DNA of 64,000 bases from Eledone cirrhosa (taxonomy: Eukaryota): NCBI GenBank assembly GCA_964016885.1, contig OZ024754.1:43276001-43340000 (forward strand). The letters run 5' to 3'. Positions within the stretch are counted from its first letter, which is position 1, and every line of letters starts with the position of its first letter. The notes beneath the pieces were generated by a model that was given only the letters and a program-made list of their open reading frames with translations, was not told the DNA's origin and ran no database searches. The position numbers and the translations under genes are program-made. Below, one piece after another: positions 1 to 14,562 of this stretch.

Positions 1-367
1 TATGTGTGTGTGTAGCCAGAGAGGGAGAGAGAGAGAGAGAGATGTGTGTACATAAAAACGTCTATTTCTATTTCTCTATCTCTCTCTCGCCCTCTCTCTA
101 TCTCTCTCTCCCTCCCTCTCGCTCTCTATCTATCTATCTATCTATCTATCCATCTATATATATATCTATCTATGTGTCTATCTATCGCTCAACACACTTC
201 TACACACACACACACACACACCATGGAATTTGATACCATGTAAACTTAATCGTATTTGCTAATTACTTAATATATACAGTAATTTTTCTTCATTAGTTAA
301 TTTTTGATATTTATATGATATATGTATGTGTACGACTGTGTGTGTGTGTGTGTGTGTATGAGCGCGC

Positions 368-448
<81 letters not shown>

Positions 449-881
449 AAGTGAAGGAGTTTCGCTGTCTGAATGTGGCAAGTAGGCACAATTTCAATTA
501 AATTAAGATTATCCCCTCAATTACTTATCCGAAACTCCCTTTAGGGATCTTGAGGTCATTAGAATTAAAAATATGAGAATACTGCTCTAGCCTGAACGTC
601 TTTTGGAACAATATTACAGAAAGTAGTGAGAGTGGAGTATGTTTATAAACCATCTAGGTGAAAACAACGGGCATGTTTCGATCTTATTGGATTTCCACAG
701 TGACGTATATCAACAAGTGCTAACGTCGAAACCGTCTGAAAGAAGTTCTCTCTCTATATATACATGTGTGTATCCAGGGAGTGTAACGCCGAGTTACTTG
801 TAGGTTCACCCGGTGGAGCACTCGATGTTTAGGTTCACGTCTGTATCGAAGTGTAGAGCTAGACAACGTAGTTATTTTATC

Positions 882-963
<82 letters not shown>

Positions 964-986
964 ATATGTATATATATGTGAGTGTG

Positions 987-1031
<45 letters not shown>

Positions 1032-1076
1032 TACACAGCAATTAATAAACATAGTCGTATATGTGTATATATATAT

Positions 1077-1271
1077 AACGAAGGAAATGTGGTAAGGAAC
1101 CAGATGGACCATAACGCACCAAAGTACTCAATACTTAGGGTAGTAGAGTGGGTAATAGGAACGAGTAGGACCCCGACGGCTGAGCTCAAGCCGTTTCGAC
1201 GGCTAATTCTGGACAGAATTAGAATTAGCCGTCGAAACGGCTTGAGCTCAGCCGTCGGGGTCCTACTCGTT

Positions 1272-1274
<3 letters not shown>
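1077..1274 (-). mobile_element. Family A (TA)n-inserted element, long arm plus short inverted arm
   Basis: ~140-bp unit (..agaattagccgtcgaaacggcttgagctcagccgtcggggtcctactcgttcctattaccc..ccttcgt) on the minus strand, a ~55-bp inverted copy at 1221-1274, and (TA)n on both sides. Confidence 0.85.
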
Positions 1275-1320
<46 letters not shown>

Positions 1321-1585
1321 GTCACCACAATGCAGATAATTATAATAATTGTTTCTATTTTTGGCACTAGGCCAACAATTACTCCAGTACATTACTGGTA
1401 CTTTATTTTATCGACCCCGTAAGGATGAAAGACAAATAACTGATAAATACTTATGAAAAGCAGAGGAAAAAGTACTTCAACCAACATATTCAACTATCAA
1501 CTATTTTTATAGTTATCTGTATTTTGGCAAGTATATTTTCAAAATTCAAATTTACAAGTTTTTCATAAGCCAACCAACATTGTTA

Positions 1586-1616
<31 letters not shown>

Positions 1617-2006
1617 TAGACAAACACACACCCACATACATACACACACACACGCACACACACACACATAGACAAACACACACCCACACACAGACAGACA
1701 GACAGACCGAGAGACAAACACATCCCACACACAAAGACACATACATACACACATACTGACAAACACAGACCTGCACACAGGCAGACAAACACACACACAC
1801 ACACATATATATATATATGTGTGTGTATATATATATATATATCTACACAATCTCTCTCTCATACATAGTCACTCTCTCTCTCTCTCTTCACTCTGTTTCT
1901 ATATCTCCTTCTCTTTTACTAAATCGCTTACGTAAGCACTAGCAGAGAGTACATAGACTGAGACAAAGAGATAGACTGAGAGGGGGATAGAGGTTAGAGA
2001 GAGAGG

Positions 2007-2053
<47 letters not shown>

Positions 2054-2105
2054 ATATATATATATATATGTGTGTGTGTAGAGAGAGAGAGAGAGAGCGA
2101 GGGAG

Positions 2106-2176
<71 letters not shown>

Positions 2177-2258
2177 TAGAGGGAGAGAGAGAGAAGGATA
2201 TATATATTCGCCGTTCAAACAGCGCGAACTCAGCCGTAGGGCACTAACTATTTACAAC

Positions 2259-2343
<85 letters not shown>

Positions 2344-2604
2344 AGAGCGAGTGAAAGGGAGAAATAGAGAGAGAGGGAGAGAGAGAGTGAGACACAATCA
2401 ATGAGGTAGAGAGAGAAAGAATCACTAACAATGAGAGAGAGAGAGAGAGAGTGGGGAATGACAGGAGGGGGTAGTTAGAAGATTTTGGTTCGTCAGTCCA
2501 TTCCATTTAATTACTGTTTTGGAAGTTATTTTGGTAACTGGTTCTGTAACTTGATATACCTTACAGTCTTACATCTCCCTCTCCTCACTGGTGCTGCTAT
2601 CATT

Positions 2605-2779
2605 TCTACTACTACTACTGCTACTACTACTACTGCTACTACTACTACTACTACTACTGCTGCTACTACTACTACTATTACGGCTACTACTGCTACTACT
2701 ACTGCTACTACTACTGGTACTACTACTGCTACTACTACTACTACTACTACTGCTGCTGCTACTACTATTGCTACTACTG

Positions 2780-2832
<53 letters not shown>

Positions 2833-3070
2833 GCTACTACTACTACTACTACTACTGCTACTACTACTACTACTGCTGCTACTACTACTACTACTGCTGC
2901 TACTACTACTACTACTGCTACTACTGCTACTACTACTACTGCTACTACTGGTACTACTACTACTGCTACTACTACTACTGCTACTATTGCTACTACTACT
3001 GCTACTACTGGTACTACTACTGCTACTACTGCTACTACTACTGCTACTACTACTACTACTACGACTACTG

Positions 3071-3105
<35 letters not shown>

Positions 3106-3272
3106 GCTGCTACTACTACTACTGCTACTGGTACTACTACTACTGCCACCACCACCTCCACCATCACTATTACTGCCACCACCACCACCACCACTACCAC
3201 CACCACTACTGCCACCACCACCACCACCACCACCACCACTACTACTGCCACCACCACCACCACCACCACCAA
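2605..3272. repeat. (ACT/GCT)n grading into (ACC)n trinucleotide tract
   Basis: Direct inspection. Similar tracts at 17955-18575, 26905-27265, 27514-28010, 28200-28542, 32648-33280, 43445-43765, 48531-48712, 52243-52455 and 54975-55670. Confidence 0.95.
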
Positions 3273-3574
3273 CACTAAATATAAAGTCTGTCCCAATATA
3301 TAGTAGACTTGAATTAAAAATTCGTTATAACGGTATTCATTATAACGGAATTTTACCTGTATAGTTTGACTGTAGGAGGGTACTGTGCAGGTGTGTTCGT
3401 ATATCACAGACACGTGTACCTGTAACTGCTCCTTTGTATCATGAATACAACAGTTTTTGAGTTGTGTCGTCTGGAGCAACAAGAGATGAAATGTCTTGCT
3501 CAAGGACACAACACTGTGTATGGAGATGAGGGCTTTACAGTGGTGAGTCGAACAAAATAACTAACCTCTACGGT

Positions 3575-4105
3575 ACTCACACATACACACATGTATAACA
3601 CACACATATACACATGTATGACACATACATATACACATGTTGTATAACACACACACATATACACATGTTGTATAACACACACATATACACATGTTGTATA
3701 ACACACATACATATATACACATGTTGTATAACACACATATACACATGTTGTATAACACACATACATATACACATGTTGTATAACACACATACATATACAC
3801 ATGTTGTATAACACACATATACATATGTTGTATAACACATATATATATATACACATGTTGTATAACACACATACATATACACATGTTGTATAACACACAT
3901 ATACATATGTTGTATAACACATATATATATATATACACATGTTGTATAACACACATACATATACACATGTTGTATAACACCCATATACACATGTTGTATA
4001 ACACATATATATATACACATGTTGTATAACACACATACATATACACATGGTGTATAACACACATATATATATACACAAATGTTGTATAACACACACATAT
4101 ACACA
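3575..4105. repeat. Minisatellite, ~24-32-bp units, ~17 copies
   Basis: Constant catgttgtataacac core with variable (AC)/(AT) linkers. Confidence 0.9.
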
Positions 4106-4453
4106 CACATATTTATTGTTATTGTCCCATAATAACTAGGATACTCACACACATACAAACACAAACACACACACATATACATACACATACACACATACGA
4201 ATACAAACACAAACACACACACACATATACATACACATACACACATACATACACACACATACAAACACAAACACACACACACGCACATTGACACACATAC
4301 ACACATACAAACACACACATACACACGTACATACGCGCACACATAGAAACAAACACACACATTGTCACATTTTCTCAGTAATGTTTATGATGGTGCAGAT
4401 AACTAAAGTAAAACAAAGAAGGTAAGAAAGAGAGAGAGTGAGTGAGAGAAGAG

Positions 4454-4495
<42 letters not shown>

Positions 4496-4617
4496 AGGTA
4501 AGAAAGAGAAAGAGAGAGGGGGAGTAAGAAAGAGAAAGAGAGAGAGAGGAGGTAAGAGAGAGAGGAGGTGAGAAAGAGAGAGAGGGGGGGGTACGAAAGA
4601 GAGAGAGGGGGGAAGTA

Positions 4618-4673
<56 letters not shown>

Positions 4674-4855
4674 AGAAGGGGAGGTAAGAAAGAGAATTAG
4701 AATGGAAAATGTCTATAATTGCCAGTCGTTAGATTTAAATTGTGTACAATTTTGATAAACAATACTAAAGATGTTTTATATATACACCCTTGCTCTCTAA
4801 ACTATGTATATACATCCTTGTTACAGACATACCAACATGTTACACCAACCTACTT

Positions 4856-4893
<38 letters not shown>

Positions 4894-4906
4894 AATGTGC
4901 AGTGAT

Positions 4907-5029
<123 letters not shown>

Positions 5030-5292
5030 TAACAATAGTAATAAATGGAAAATATCTCTATAGTATCATATTTATTTCATTATACATATTTCAAGGATAC
5101 AAAATTGTAGCATGCTTTCATCAGAGCCCAACAGCCCGGTGACGTCATCAGGTGTTACGAAATTTGAAGGCGGTCACCCAGGCTGGCAACTGATGGCTCT
5201 GGCCGCCTTCAGGTCTTAAACATATCTCTCTACTGTTCAGCCCCTTGGATTGTGCCTACCGCTATTATATTCCTTTATTTGATAAATTTCGT

Positions 5293-5352
5293 AACACCTG
5301 ATGATGTCACCGGGCTCTGTAAGAGCCCGGTCATTGAAATGTTGAGAGTGTT
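5293..5352 (+). ncRNA. Degenerate hammerhead motif with long helix II
   Basis: aacac CTGATGA tgtc accgggctct gta agagcccggt catt GAAA tgttgaga gtgtt. Helices I and II are intact but the UH site is lost. Confidence 0.5.
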
Positions 5353-5559
5353 TATAATAAACCTTCACCAGACGCGTCAGACGCAATCATATGTCTTAAC
5401 CACTCTTATTTGATAAATGAATACTCCGTCACTCTCCGAATCACCGGATCTTACCTGGGATAATCTACTGATCTTGAGTGCTCGGACCGGCTTACATTCA
5501 AGAAATTACGACATAACAACTACTTATAAGCAACATATCTTCTGATATATATATATATT

Positions 5560-5696
5560 AGTCCAGAATTAGCCGTCGAAACGGCTTGAGCTCAGCCGTC
5601 GGGGTCCTACTCGTTCCTATTACCCACTCTACTACCCTAAGTATTGAGTACTTTGGTGCGTTATGGTCCACTTGGTTCCTTACCACATTTCCTTCG

Positions 5697-5698
<2 letters not shown>
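5560..5698 (+). mobile_element. Family A element
   Basis: Near-identical to 1077-1215; flanked by (TA)n. Confidence 0.85.
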
Positions 5699-5731
<33 letters not shown>

Positions 5732-6119
5732 ATTTCACGTTGCTCCTTCTACCTGGAGTTGCGACTGATAGATAGTATTAGCAATTGGAAAGGCCAACGG
5801 AAACATTGTTCCCTTGGTCCGATTTGGCGAAAGTCGATCGACCGTCACACACACACACACCCACACACACCGACACACACACACATATATAAATATTTAT
5901 GGAATAAACAACATAAGGCAATTATTCCATTTACCAGTGGTTTCTTAAAAGCAAAAGATTTTGTTTTCAATCATCAGAATGAAAAAATCCTGGTCTGTTT
6001 ATTGAATTTGGATTTTGGTAAATGGAATAATTGCCTTATGTTGTTTATTACATAACTATTAAGCTCTGTTACCTACATAGAGCACTCTTTTTTCCTGGAC
6101 TTTTCCGACGGAATTACTT

Positions 6120-6237
<118 letters not shown>

Positions 6238-6686
6238 GACACACAAACAGATATGCCTGCCGTAACCACGCTACATAAATATATCGTGTTCGTGCGAGAC
6301 CCACCACCCACTACGCATTTAATATAGTTATGTATTCACTGTCAACTACATCGAGCTGTCGTCTGACGAGGCAATAAGCTATGTGGAGTTGTTTAGTGAA
6401 AAAAAACAACAACATATGATATGCTTTTGTATCGTGCGTTTGATGTCATCTTCATACTACGTAATATGTTCTGAACACACACACACACACACACACACAG
6501 AAATATATGTGTATATATATATAAATATATATATATATGTATGTATATATATATATACACATATATATACATATATATATATATGTATAAATATATATAT
6601 ACATGTATACATACATACACACACACACACAAACACATATATATGTATACAGATATATATATATATATGCATATATACATACATAC

Positions 6687-6732
<46 letters not shown>

Positions 6733-6789
6733 ATATGTATATATACATACACACATATGTATGCATATAAATATATATACACATATTTT

Positions 6790-6839
<50 letters not shown>

Positions 6840-6870
6840 TATATCTGTATACATACACACACACACACAG

Positions 6871-6953
<83 letters not shown>

Positions 6954-7224
6954 TCTTAACTGCAGTGTGGATTGTAAAAGTAATTATTATATATATATTT
7001 ATATTTTTTTATATATCTATCAATTGGCCATGCGGATTTCTCGTAACCTGTGCCACTGTCTAGACAAAGGTGGGTAAACCTGCAGCATTTAGCGTCCTTC
7101 CCAAGTAAACATGTTCTCTCTTATACACTTACAGATATCACTATCAACCTTCACCATCACCATCATAAACATATAATGATTTCTACTATAGGCACAAGGC
7201 CAGCAATTATCCCAGTGTATTACT

Positions 7225-7555
7225 GAAAGAACAAGAACGCGAGAGAAGCTTGGAGCTGTGGAAGAAATTGTAAAAATATGAGGTAGTACCCCAGCATGGC
7301 CGCGATATAATGGCTGAAACGAGTAAAAGAATATAAGAATAGCAGAGCCGAGCTTTCATCTTGAAAGAACAAGAATACAAGAAAGGCCGGGAGCTGTGGA
7401 AGAAATGTTAAAAGTATGAGGCAGTACTTCAGCATGGCCGCGATATAATGGCTAAAACCCGTAAAAGAATATAAGCAACGCAGAGCCAAGCTTGTATCTT
7501 GAGAGGACAAGAACACAAGAAAGGCTTGGAGCTGTGGAAGAAATGGTAAAAATAT
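7225..7555. repeat. 138-bp tandem repeat, ~2.4 diverged copies
   Basis: Units start at 7225, 7363 and 7501 (gaaagaacaagaa..ggagctgtggaagaaa..cagcatggccgcgatataatggct). Confidence 0.85.
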
Positions 7556-7999
7556 ATAAATTCAGTAAAGTTAATTGCTTGAAGAGAAGCGATTCCTTCT
7601 AATAAGATTGGCAGAAGATGGCGGAGGGAGATAGAGAAGTGGGTTGGGTTTGGAATTGAGTCGAGATTAAGGGTTTGTTTAGTTAGGACTGGTGATAAGG
7701 CAACCATCATTTCACCGTCTGCAGATCTTTCAACACTCAGGCACATATTGTAGAGGGACAGGAGAGTCTAATGGAGAAGCTGGAGTGGGAATGTTAGGGA
7801 CAGGGGCTTGGGAAAGAGAGGGGTGGGAAAAGAGGGGTGGGGTGGGAAAAGAGGGGGATGGACATTAACCATTACAGAAATAGAGAAAACAGAATAAAGA
7901 CATAAAATAAAGTTGTTCAATGAAGGTTGGGTTTTTTTGTTTGTTGTTTTAAAAGATTTCAACACTGAAGGAAGTGTATATACACACACACACACACAC

Positions 8000-8081
<82 letters not shown>

Positions 8082-8277
8082 TCACACACTCACGCACACA
8101 CACTATATATATATATAGTTCAAAGAGACAACAAACAGAGGTTCAAAAAATATTAGTTTCACGCTGTATATTGGAGAGAGGAAAGAAAGTTGGACGTGTC
8201 GGGCTTAAGTCCTTCTTCGGGAGTACAAATAGAGACAGGATCACAAATATATATATACATACACACACACACACACA

Positions 8278-8322
<45 letters not shown>

Positions 8323-8388
8323 AATATATATATATATATACCAAAATGTTAACCCAAAGAGAGGAAATTGGAACTGAAGGTTTCTTAA

Positions 8389-8426
8389 TCCCCGATGAAG
8401 GGACTTTTAAATCCCGAAATATTGGA
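8389..8426 (+). ncRNA. Degenerate minimal hammerhead (CCGATGA core)
   Basis: tcc CCGATGA a ggga cttttaaa tccc GAAA ta TT gga. A second decayed copy lies on the minus strand at 8190-8224 (CCGAAGA aggacttaagccc GACA cgtc). Confidence 0.5.
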
Positions 8427-8442
8427 CAGAGTGTATGTGTGT

Positions 8443-8480
<38 letters not shown>

Positions 8481-8834
8481 GTGTGTGTGTGTGTGTGCGT
8501 GTGTGTGTGTGTGTGTGTGTACGTATGCAAAAAGTAAACATAAATACGGCAAGTGACAAAGTACAATGAATAAATATATCAGTTGAACGCTTGATATAGT
8601 TGGAAACAAATCTGAACGTTTCAACACAAGTAGATATAACCAGAATCAAACGGACCGTAATCTATATCATGGCAGAATATATGATTTCCACTGAGGTAGT
8701 TGTGACGTCAGCTATTAATTCCGAGTTCGTCAGTTATCTGCCTGATAAAACAGTTCAGGGGAAACTCCACAGTAACAAGCAAGCAATTTAGAGCAAATAT
8801 ATTTATATACATGAGAAAAAAAAATTATGATTCT

Positions 8835-8897
<63 letters not shown>

Positions 8898-8921
8898 ATA
8901 TTTATTAAAATAACAGATTAA

Positions 8922-8972
8922 AGTTTAAGCAAAGAATCGCTGCTTTCACCCTTAACGGAATCTTCTGAAACT
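8922..8972 (-). ncRNA. Hammerhead-like motif with CAGAAGA core variant (family B)
   Basis: Reverse complement: agttt CAGAAGA ttccgttaagggt GAAA gca..tgc TT aaact, with a perfect 5-bp helix I. Confidence 0.6.
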
Positions 8973-9043
8973 CATCGAGCTCTCTTTGGATTTTAGTCTT
9001 CAAATTTATTATTATTACTATATATATATATATTATATATATA

Positions 9044-9226
9044 TAGGAACGAGTAGGACCCCGACGGCTGAGCTCAAGCCGTTTCGACCATATATTCGTT
9101 ATATATATATATATATATACAACGAAGGAAATGTGGTAAGGAACCAGGTGGACCATAACGCACCAAAGTACTCAATACTTAGGGTAGTAGAGTGGGTAAT
9201 AGGAACGAGTAGGACCTACTCGTTCC

Positions 9227-9228
<2 letters not shown>
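9044..9228 (-). mobile_element. Two family A fragments
   Basis: Fragments at 9044-9088 and 9121-9217, the latter with a mini fold-back (ggaacgagtagg..cctactcgttcc). Confidence 0.8.
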
Positions 9229-9257
<29 letters not shown>

Positions 9258-10077
9258 GATATAATATAGAAATGGCTTCTCCAGGACAAGAACTGTTTCA
9301 TTCGGGAGAAATCATCACAACACTCACACATGCATGTATATGTAAATATGTATGCATGTATATATATATATATATCCTGTGAACAGAAGTGTGTCAGTTT
9401 GTGTATACGAGCAATGGTATGCGCTCACATTAATATGCATGTGTGTGTGTGTATGTGTGTGTGTGTATGTGTGTGTGTGTGTGTGTATAAATATAAATAA
9501 ATAGATGTTAAGGTGTTCGGTTCACGAATATCTGGTTACCAATTCCCGGCTGTGCATTGTATCCTTGAGCAAGACACTTTATTTCATGATACTCCAGCTG
9601 GCAAAACTTAACTGTATATGTAATTAAAAGGATTTTTGAGTCATGTGACACAATTTCTCAATGTGAATCTCCCTGAGAATTAATTTCACGATCAGTCTTG
9701 TCCATTTTTAAACTGAATCAATCATCGTTGAAACTGACGACTGCCCCACACCAAATTCTATATGAAGGTATGTGGAGAGGGTGGGGTTAACTAGAATACT
9801 GTTGGTACAAAGTACAGAATGATGTAAGATGCAGGTGTACAAACATACATACACATATACATACACATATATAAATACACATATACACACACATATACAT
9901 ACACATATACGCATACATATACATACATGTATAGACAAACACATACATACATGTATAGACACGCGCACCTGCACACACACAATTTATATACACATATACA
10001 CACACATATACATACTTGTATACACACATATACATACACATACATGTATAGATAAACATGGGCACCTGCATATACAT

Positions 10078-10149
<72 letters not shown>

Positions 10150-10283
10150 ATACATATATATATACTTACGTACACTCAAACAAAAAAATACATTCATACA
10201 CACAAACACATATGTACATACACACACACATATATATATACACACACACACAAGTAGTAACACATCAGTTAGTTCACCATACA

Positions 10284-10344
<61 letters not shown>

Positions 10345-10351
10345 CTATACC

Positions 10352-10385
<34 letters not shown>

Positions 10386-10590
10386 TTATTAAAATAACAG
10401 ATTAAAGTTTGAGCAAGGAATCGCTGCTTTCATCCTTAACGGGATCTTCATATATATATATTTGCTCTAGGGCTCTTATATATTTGATATATATTTATCC
10501 TTATCGAGCCCTCTTTGGATTTTAGTCTTCACATTTATTACTATTACTATATATATACCGTTTATATATATATATTCATATATAGCTTTA

Positions 10591-10628
10591 CGAGCTGAGG
10601 ATCCGCTAAAGTGAAACAATTGTTCTCG
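10591..10628 (+). ncRNA. Minimal type I hammerhead ribozyme, weak helix II
   Basis: cgag CTGAGGA tccgctaaagt GAAA caattg TT ctcg; palindromic helix III (ACAATTGT). A ~100-nt tail follows, ending in (TA)n at ~10727. Confidence 0.65.
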
Positions 10629-10723
10629 GTATGGTGAACTAACTGTTGTGTAACCACTTCTACCTAACTCGTCCCATGGACTGAGTGCTCTACCACTACG
10701 GATATTACCTTCCAGTGTTCTAC

Positions 10724-10761
<38 letters not shown>

Positions 10762-10912
10762 ATAATTGTTTCTACTTTTGGCACAAGGCCAGCAATTACC
10801 AAGTACATTACATAGTAATAATAATAATGAATATGAAGACTAAAATCCAAAGATCCCGTTAAGGGTGAAAGCAGCGATTATTTGCTTAAACTTTAATTTG
10901 TTATTTTAATAA

Positions 10913-10958
<46 letters not shown>

Positions 10959-11071
10959 GATGATATTAAATAAATAAAACCATATTTATTCTATTATATA
11001 TATTTCAAGGGTACCAAAAATAAACATTTTTAAGCATTTATATTTGTTGAATTACCAACAAATTGAATATC

Positions 11072-11184
11072 CCTTCTGCTTTTCAAAAGTAGAGTTGAGA
11101 TGAGATGGAGGGTCTGTAAAAACCACAGACCCTCCATCTCAACTCTACTTTTGAAAAGCAGAAGAACTGCGAAACCGGTAAAGG
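11072..11184 (+). ncRNA. Hammerhead remnant with ~40-bp helix II and deleted core
   Basis: cctt CTG.. long inverted repeat (cttctgcttttcaaaagtagagttgaga..tggagggtctgt / acagaccctccatctcaactctacttttgaaaagcagaag) aactgc GAAA ccgg TA aagg. Confidence 0.55.
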
Positions 11185-11329
11185 AACCAAATAAATATAT
11201 ATATTTATTTAAAAATAAGTCTCCAGTTGCATTTTCGATTTCATCTTTTTTTCTTTATACTTTCACTCGTGTAGGACACCTCGGATATTTTTCATTTTGT
11301 AAAAAAAAACCTCACTTTCTAATATATAT

Positions 11330-11431
11330 AGATGGACCATAACGCACCAGAGTACTCAATACTTAGTGTAGTAGAGTGGGTAATAGGAGAAAGTATGACC
11401 CCGACGGCAGAGCTCAAGCCATTTCGACGGC

Positions 11432-11433
<2 letters not shown>
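11330..11433 (-). mobile_element. Family A fragment (A2 subfamily)
   Basis: Diagnostic gcaccagag and ggcagagctc variants. Confidence 0.8.
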
Positions 11434-11474
<41 letters not shown>

Positions 11475-11926
11475 ATATGATGGAATAGCGAAGAAGTTGA
11501 ACTGTAGCCAAGAGAAGTGAAGGTATTTCCCCAGGCGTGACAGACGGAGAACCATGGAATGTTAAGAAATCTTCAAATCTAAAGATTTCTTTCTCTCTTT
11601 TTTTTCAATGTTTTAAGTTAAACACCAGGTGTGTAGTAGCTTCTTAGTCAGGCCATAGACCATAACACACATATACATACACACACACACACACACACAC
11701 ATATAATACCTTCATGCATTCATAACACATATACATACATACATACATATATATATATATATGTACACTATGTACACGTACATTCATATGTATGTATGTA
11801 TATATGTATACATACATATGCACATACATATGTACATACATATATACATCCATCCATACATACATATATACATACATATGTACATACATACATACATACA
11901 TATATACATACATATATGATAGCTGA

Positions 11927-12210
11927 GTGAAGGCGCGTGGCTTAGTGGTTAGAGCATTGGCCTTGCAATCGAAAGGCTGTGAGTTCAATTCTCGGACCGG
12001 GTGATGTGTTGTTTCCTTGAGCAAGACACTTCATTTCACGTTGCTCCAGTTTACTCAGCTGAAAATGAGTACCAGCAATAGCTGGAGGCTTAACCGTGCA
12101 ATGGACTGGCGTCCTGTCCAGGGGGCAGTCTTGTACTCTCAGTCGCTTCACGCCATGAAACTGGGATAAGCACCGGCCAAATGAGTCTTATGGCTTAAGA
12201 CAGACTTTAG
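11927..12210 (+). mobile_element. tRNA-derived SINE type 2
   Basis: A box tggcttagtgg, B box gagttcaattc, core ccttgagcaagacacttcatttcacgttgctccag. Relative at 53085-53330 (-); diverged relatives at 9505-9690, 22960-23200, 3375-3570 and 54650-54790. Confidence 0.85.
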
Positions 12211-12282
12211 AATGTTTTATGATAGCTGCAACTCGATTTAGAGTAATGCTTGATACTTAAGAATGAGCATCATAGACGTGGC

Positions 12283-12324
<42 letters not shown>

Positions 12325-13587
12325 CCATGTGTGTGTGTATGTCTATGTGTATATGTGTGTAACTATATGTCAATGTGTGTGTGTGCGTGTGTATGTGTAT
12401 ATGTGTGTGTATATATATATATATATATGTCAGTGTATGTGTGTGTATGTGTGTGTGTCAGTGTATATATATCTATATATGTGTGTGTGTCAGTGTGTAT
12501 ATATATTTATATGTGTGTGTCAGTCAGTGTGTGTGTGTGTATGTGTATATATGTGTGTGTGTGGGTATGTGTATATGTGTGTCAGTGTGTGTATATATAT
12601 TTATATATATATATATGTGTCAATGCGTGTGTGTGTGTATATATATATGTGTATGTGTATGTGTATATATGTGTGTATGTGTATATATGTGTGTATGTGT
12701 ATGTGTATTTTAGCTACAGGGGTCTCGCAGAACTAAAACTAAAAAAAAAATTAAAACGGAAAAAATATAAAACAATAATAAATATATAAAAGGACCAAAA
12801 AAACTTTTGCTGGGGCAGTGAGATTCCTGAACCTTTTTATTTCCAACAGCAAACCCCTTTCTGTTCCCTAAGGACCACAGACGATGTATAGAATCTTTTT
12901 GAGGGCAATTTGTCTAACATTTTTTGTGTTATTTTTTGTGTTATTTTTTCATTATTTTTTCCAGGGTCTAGGTTGTTTAGAGAATGGGTCAAGCGGGGTG
13001 AATGGTGACCTAGGGGTCAATTTGTTTAGCTAGTGAGGTCAAGCCGGATGGGAGTGGATGGGGAGGAAGAGAGGGATGGCTGAGAGAGAAAGGGGCAATA
13101 TGTTCAGTATAATTTATAAGACAAACAAACATCAACAGCATCATCATCAACATCATAATCACGATCACCACTATCATCTAACCCCCTCACCGTCATCATC
13201 ATCCCCATCACCACCATCCCCACCATCATCACCCTCATCTCCATCACCATCATCACCATCATCACCATCATCTAACCCCCACACCAGTGTTATCTGACCC
13301 CTCCTCCCCACCATAACCACGCTCCCCACTCTCATCTGGCACACACCCCATCCTCACCACCACCAACACCTCCATCGCCGCAATGAAGAAAAGAGAAAGG
13401 GTGTTAGAATAAATATATGAATGAGTTGGGGGGAGGGGGGGGGTCTGTGTACTGACAAAATAGGGGATTGAGGGGAGGGAAGAGACAATTGACATAAAAT
13501 AGGGAGCTAACATGGAAGGACCTTAAAAAACCATCAGGTAGTAAGAATGGGGAGAAAAGAGAAAAAAAAGGGAATGAAAACGAGAAT

Positions 13588-13640
<53 letters not shown>

Positions 13641-13668
13641 CACATTTTATTAAGGCTAAATAGTGAGT

Positions 13669-13712
13669 CTTGTTACTCTGGAGTTTCGCCTATTCATCAT
13701 AGGGTCATCGAT
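13669..13712 (-). ncRNA. 5'-truncated hammerhead motif
   Basis: Reverse complement: tCGATGA c cctat gatga atagg c GAAA ctc ca gag TA acaag. Confidence 0.55.
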
Positions 13713-13840
13713 GATGAAACAGTTCTAGTTCGGTAAATGTCATTTCTATATAAAATAAATATATATCTACACCACTAATTCAAGAAAAAATATTCTTAAT
13801 TTTATATACACCTTGTTTATCCAGACAGAGAGCCACACAG

Positions 13841-13953
<113 letters not shown>

Positions 13954-14444
13954 TTTTCCGACAATTTAATATATCATTATTCAACCTCAGCCCCACCTCA
14001 TCTCAACCTCTTCCCACAAGAATCATCAAATACAAATGGTAAATAACGCATAAAACTAGTGAAGCTCTAGAAACGAATGCGGATTCCTGTCGAAATTGTC
14101 ATTAAAGAACAACAACCGAGGTCTCGCGATGAAGTTACGGATCGAGAGATGTCATTTCTCATCTAAAAAATGCTGAGTTTATCCAAACACTTTGTAAAGT
14201 CCATATTTATTCAGAGGGGAAGATTTTATCGTTTGTTATGGCGAATCAGCCATCGTTATGGTGATACTTTGTGAATTATGAGGAATACAAGACTCTATGA
14301 CAACGGTTTCATATTTTTTTTCTCTTTTTTTACTCACGACACACTTAAGTGTAAACAAAACTATTTTGGTTCACTTTGACTTGAAATACGAACATTTTTC
14401 AAAGCAGGTTTGTATACACATTAAGGATAAAAGATAAAGATCCC

Positions 14445-14547
14445 ATAATTCCTTGTGGAGTCGTAGAGACAGCATCATACGGCGTGTCTAGGGTAGTTTT
14501 AAACCTGGCGGAGCCCAATCCTCTCCAGGTCTAAACAGCCGATTTAT
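14445..14547. repeat. Unclassified dispersed repeat
   Basis: catacggcgt..ttttaaacctgg..ccc..ctctccagg..aaacagc recurs inverted at ~37655-37750. Confidence 0.6.
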
Positions 14548-14562
14548 TTCTATAGAGGAAGA

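Noticed and set aside
813-1370. Recurring peptide [28 protein letters not shown] as a gene family
   Set aside because: It is the antisense translation of the non-coding family A element.
3575-4105. Constant repeat with variable spacers (CRISPR-like)
   Set aside because: The spacers are only (AC)/(AT) slippage variants.
7560-7915. Possible LINE ORF1 remnants (also 20520-20880, 51960-52240)
   Set aside because: They look like old repeat debris, but no diagnostic motif could be recognised.
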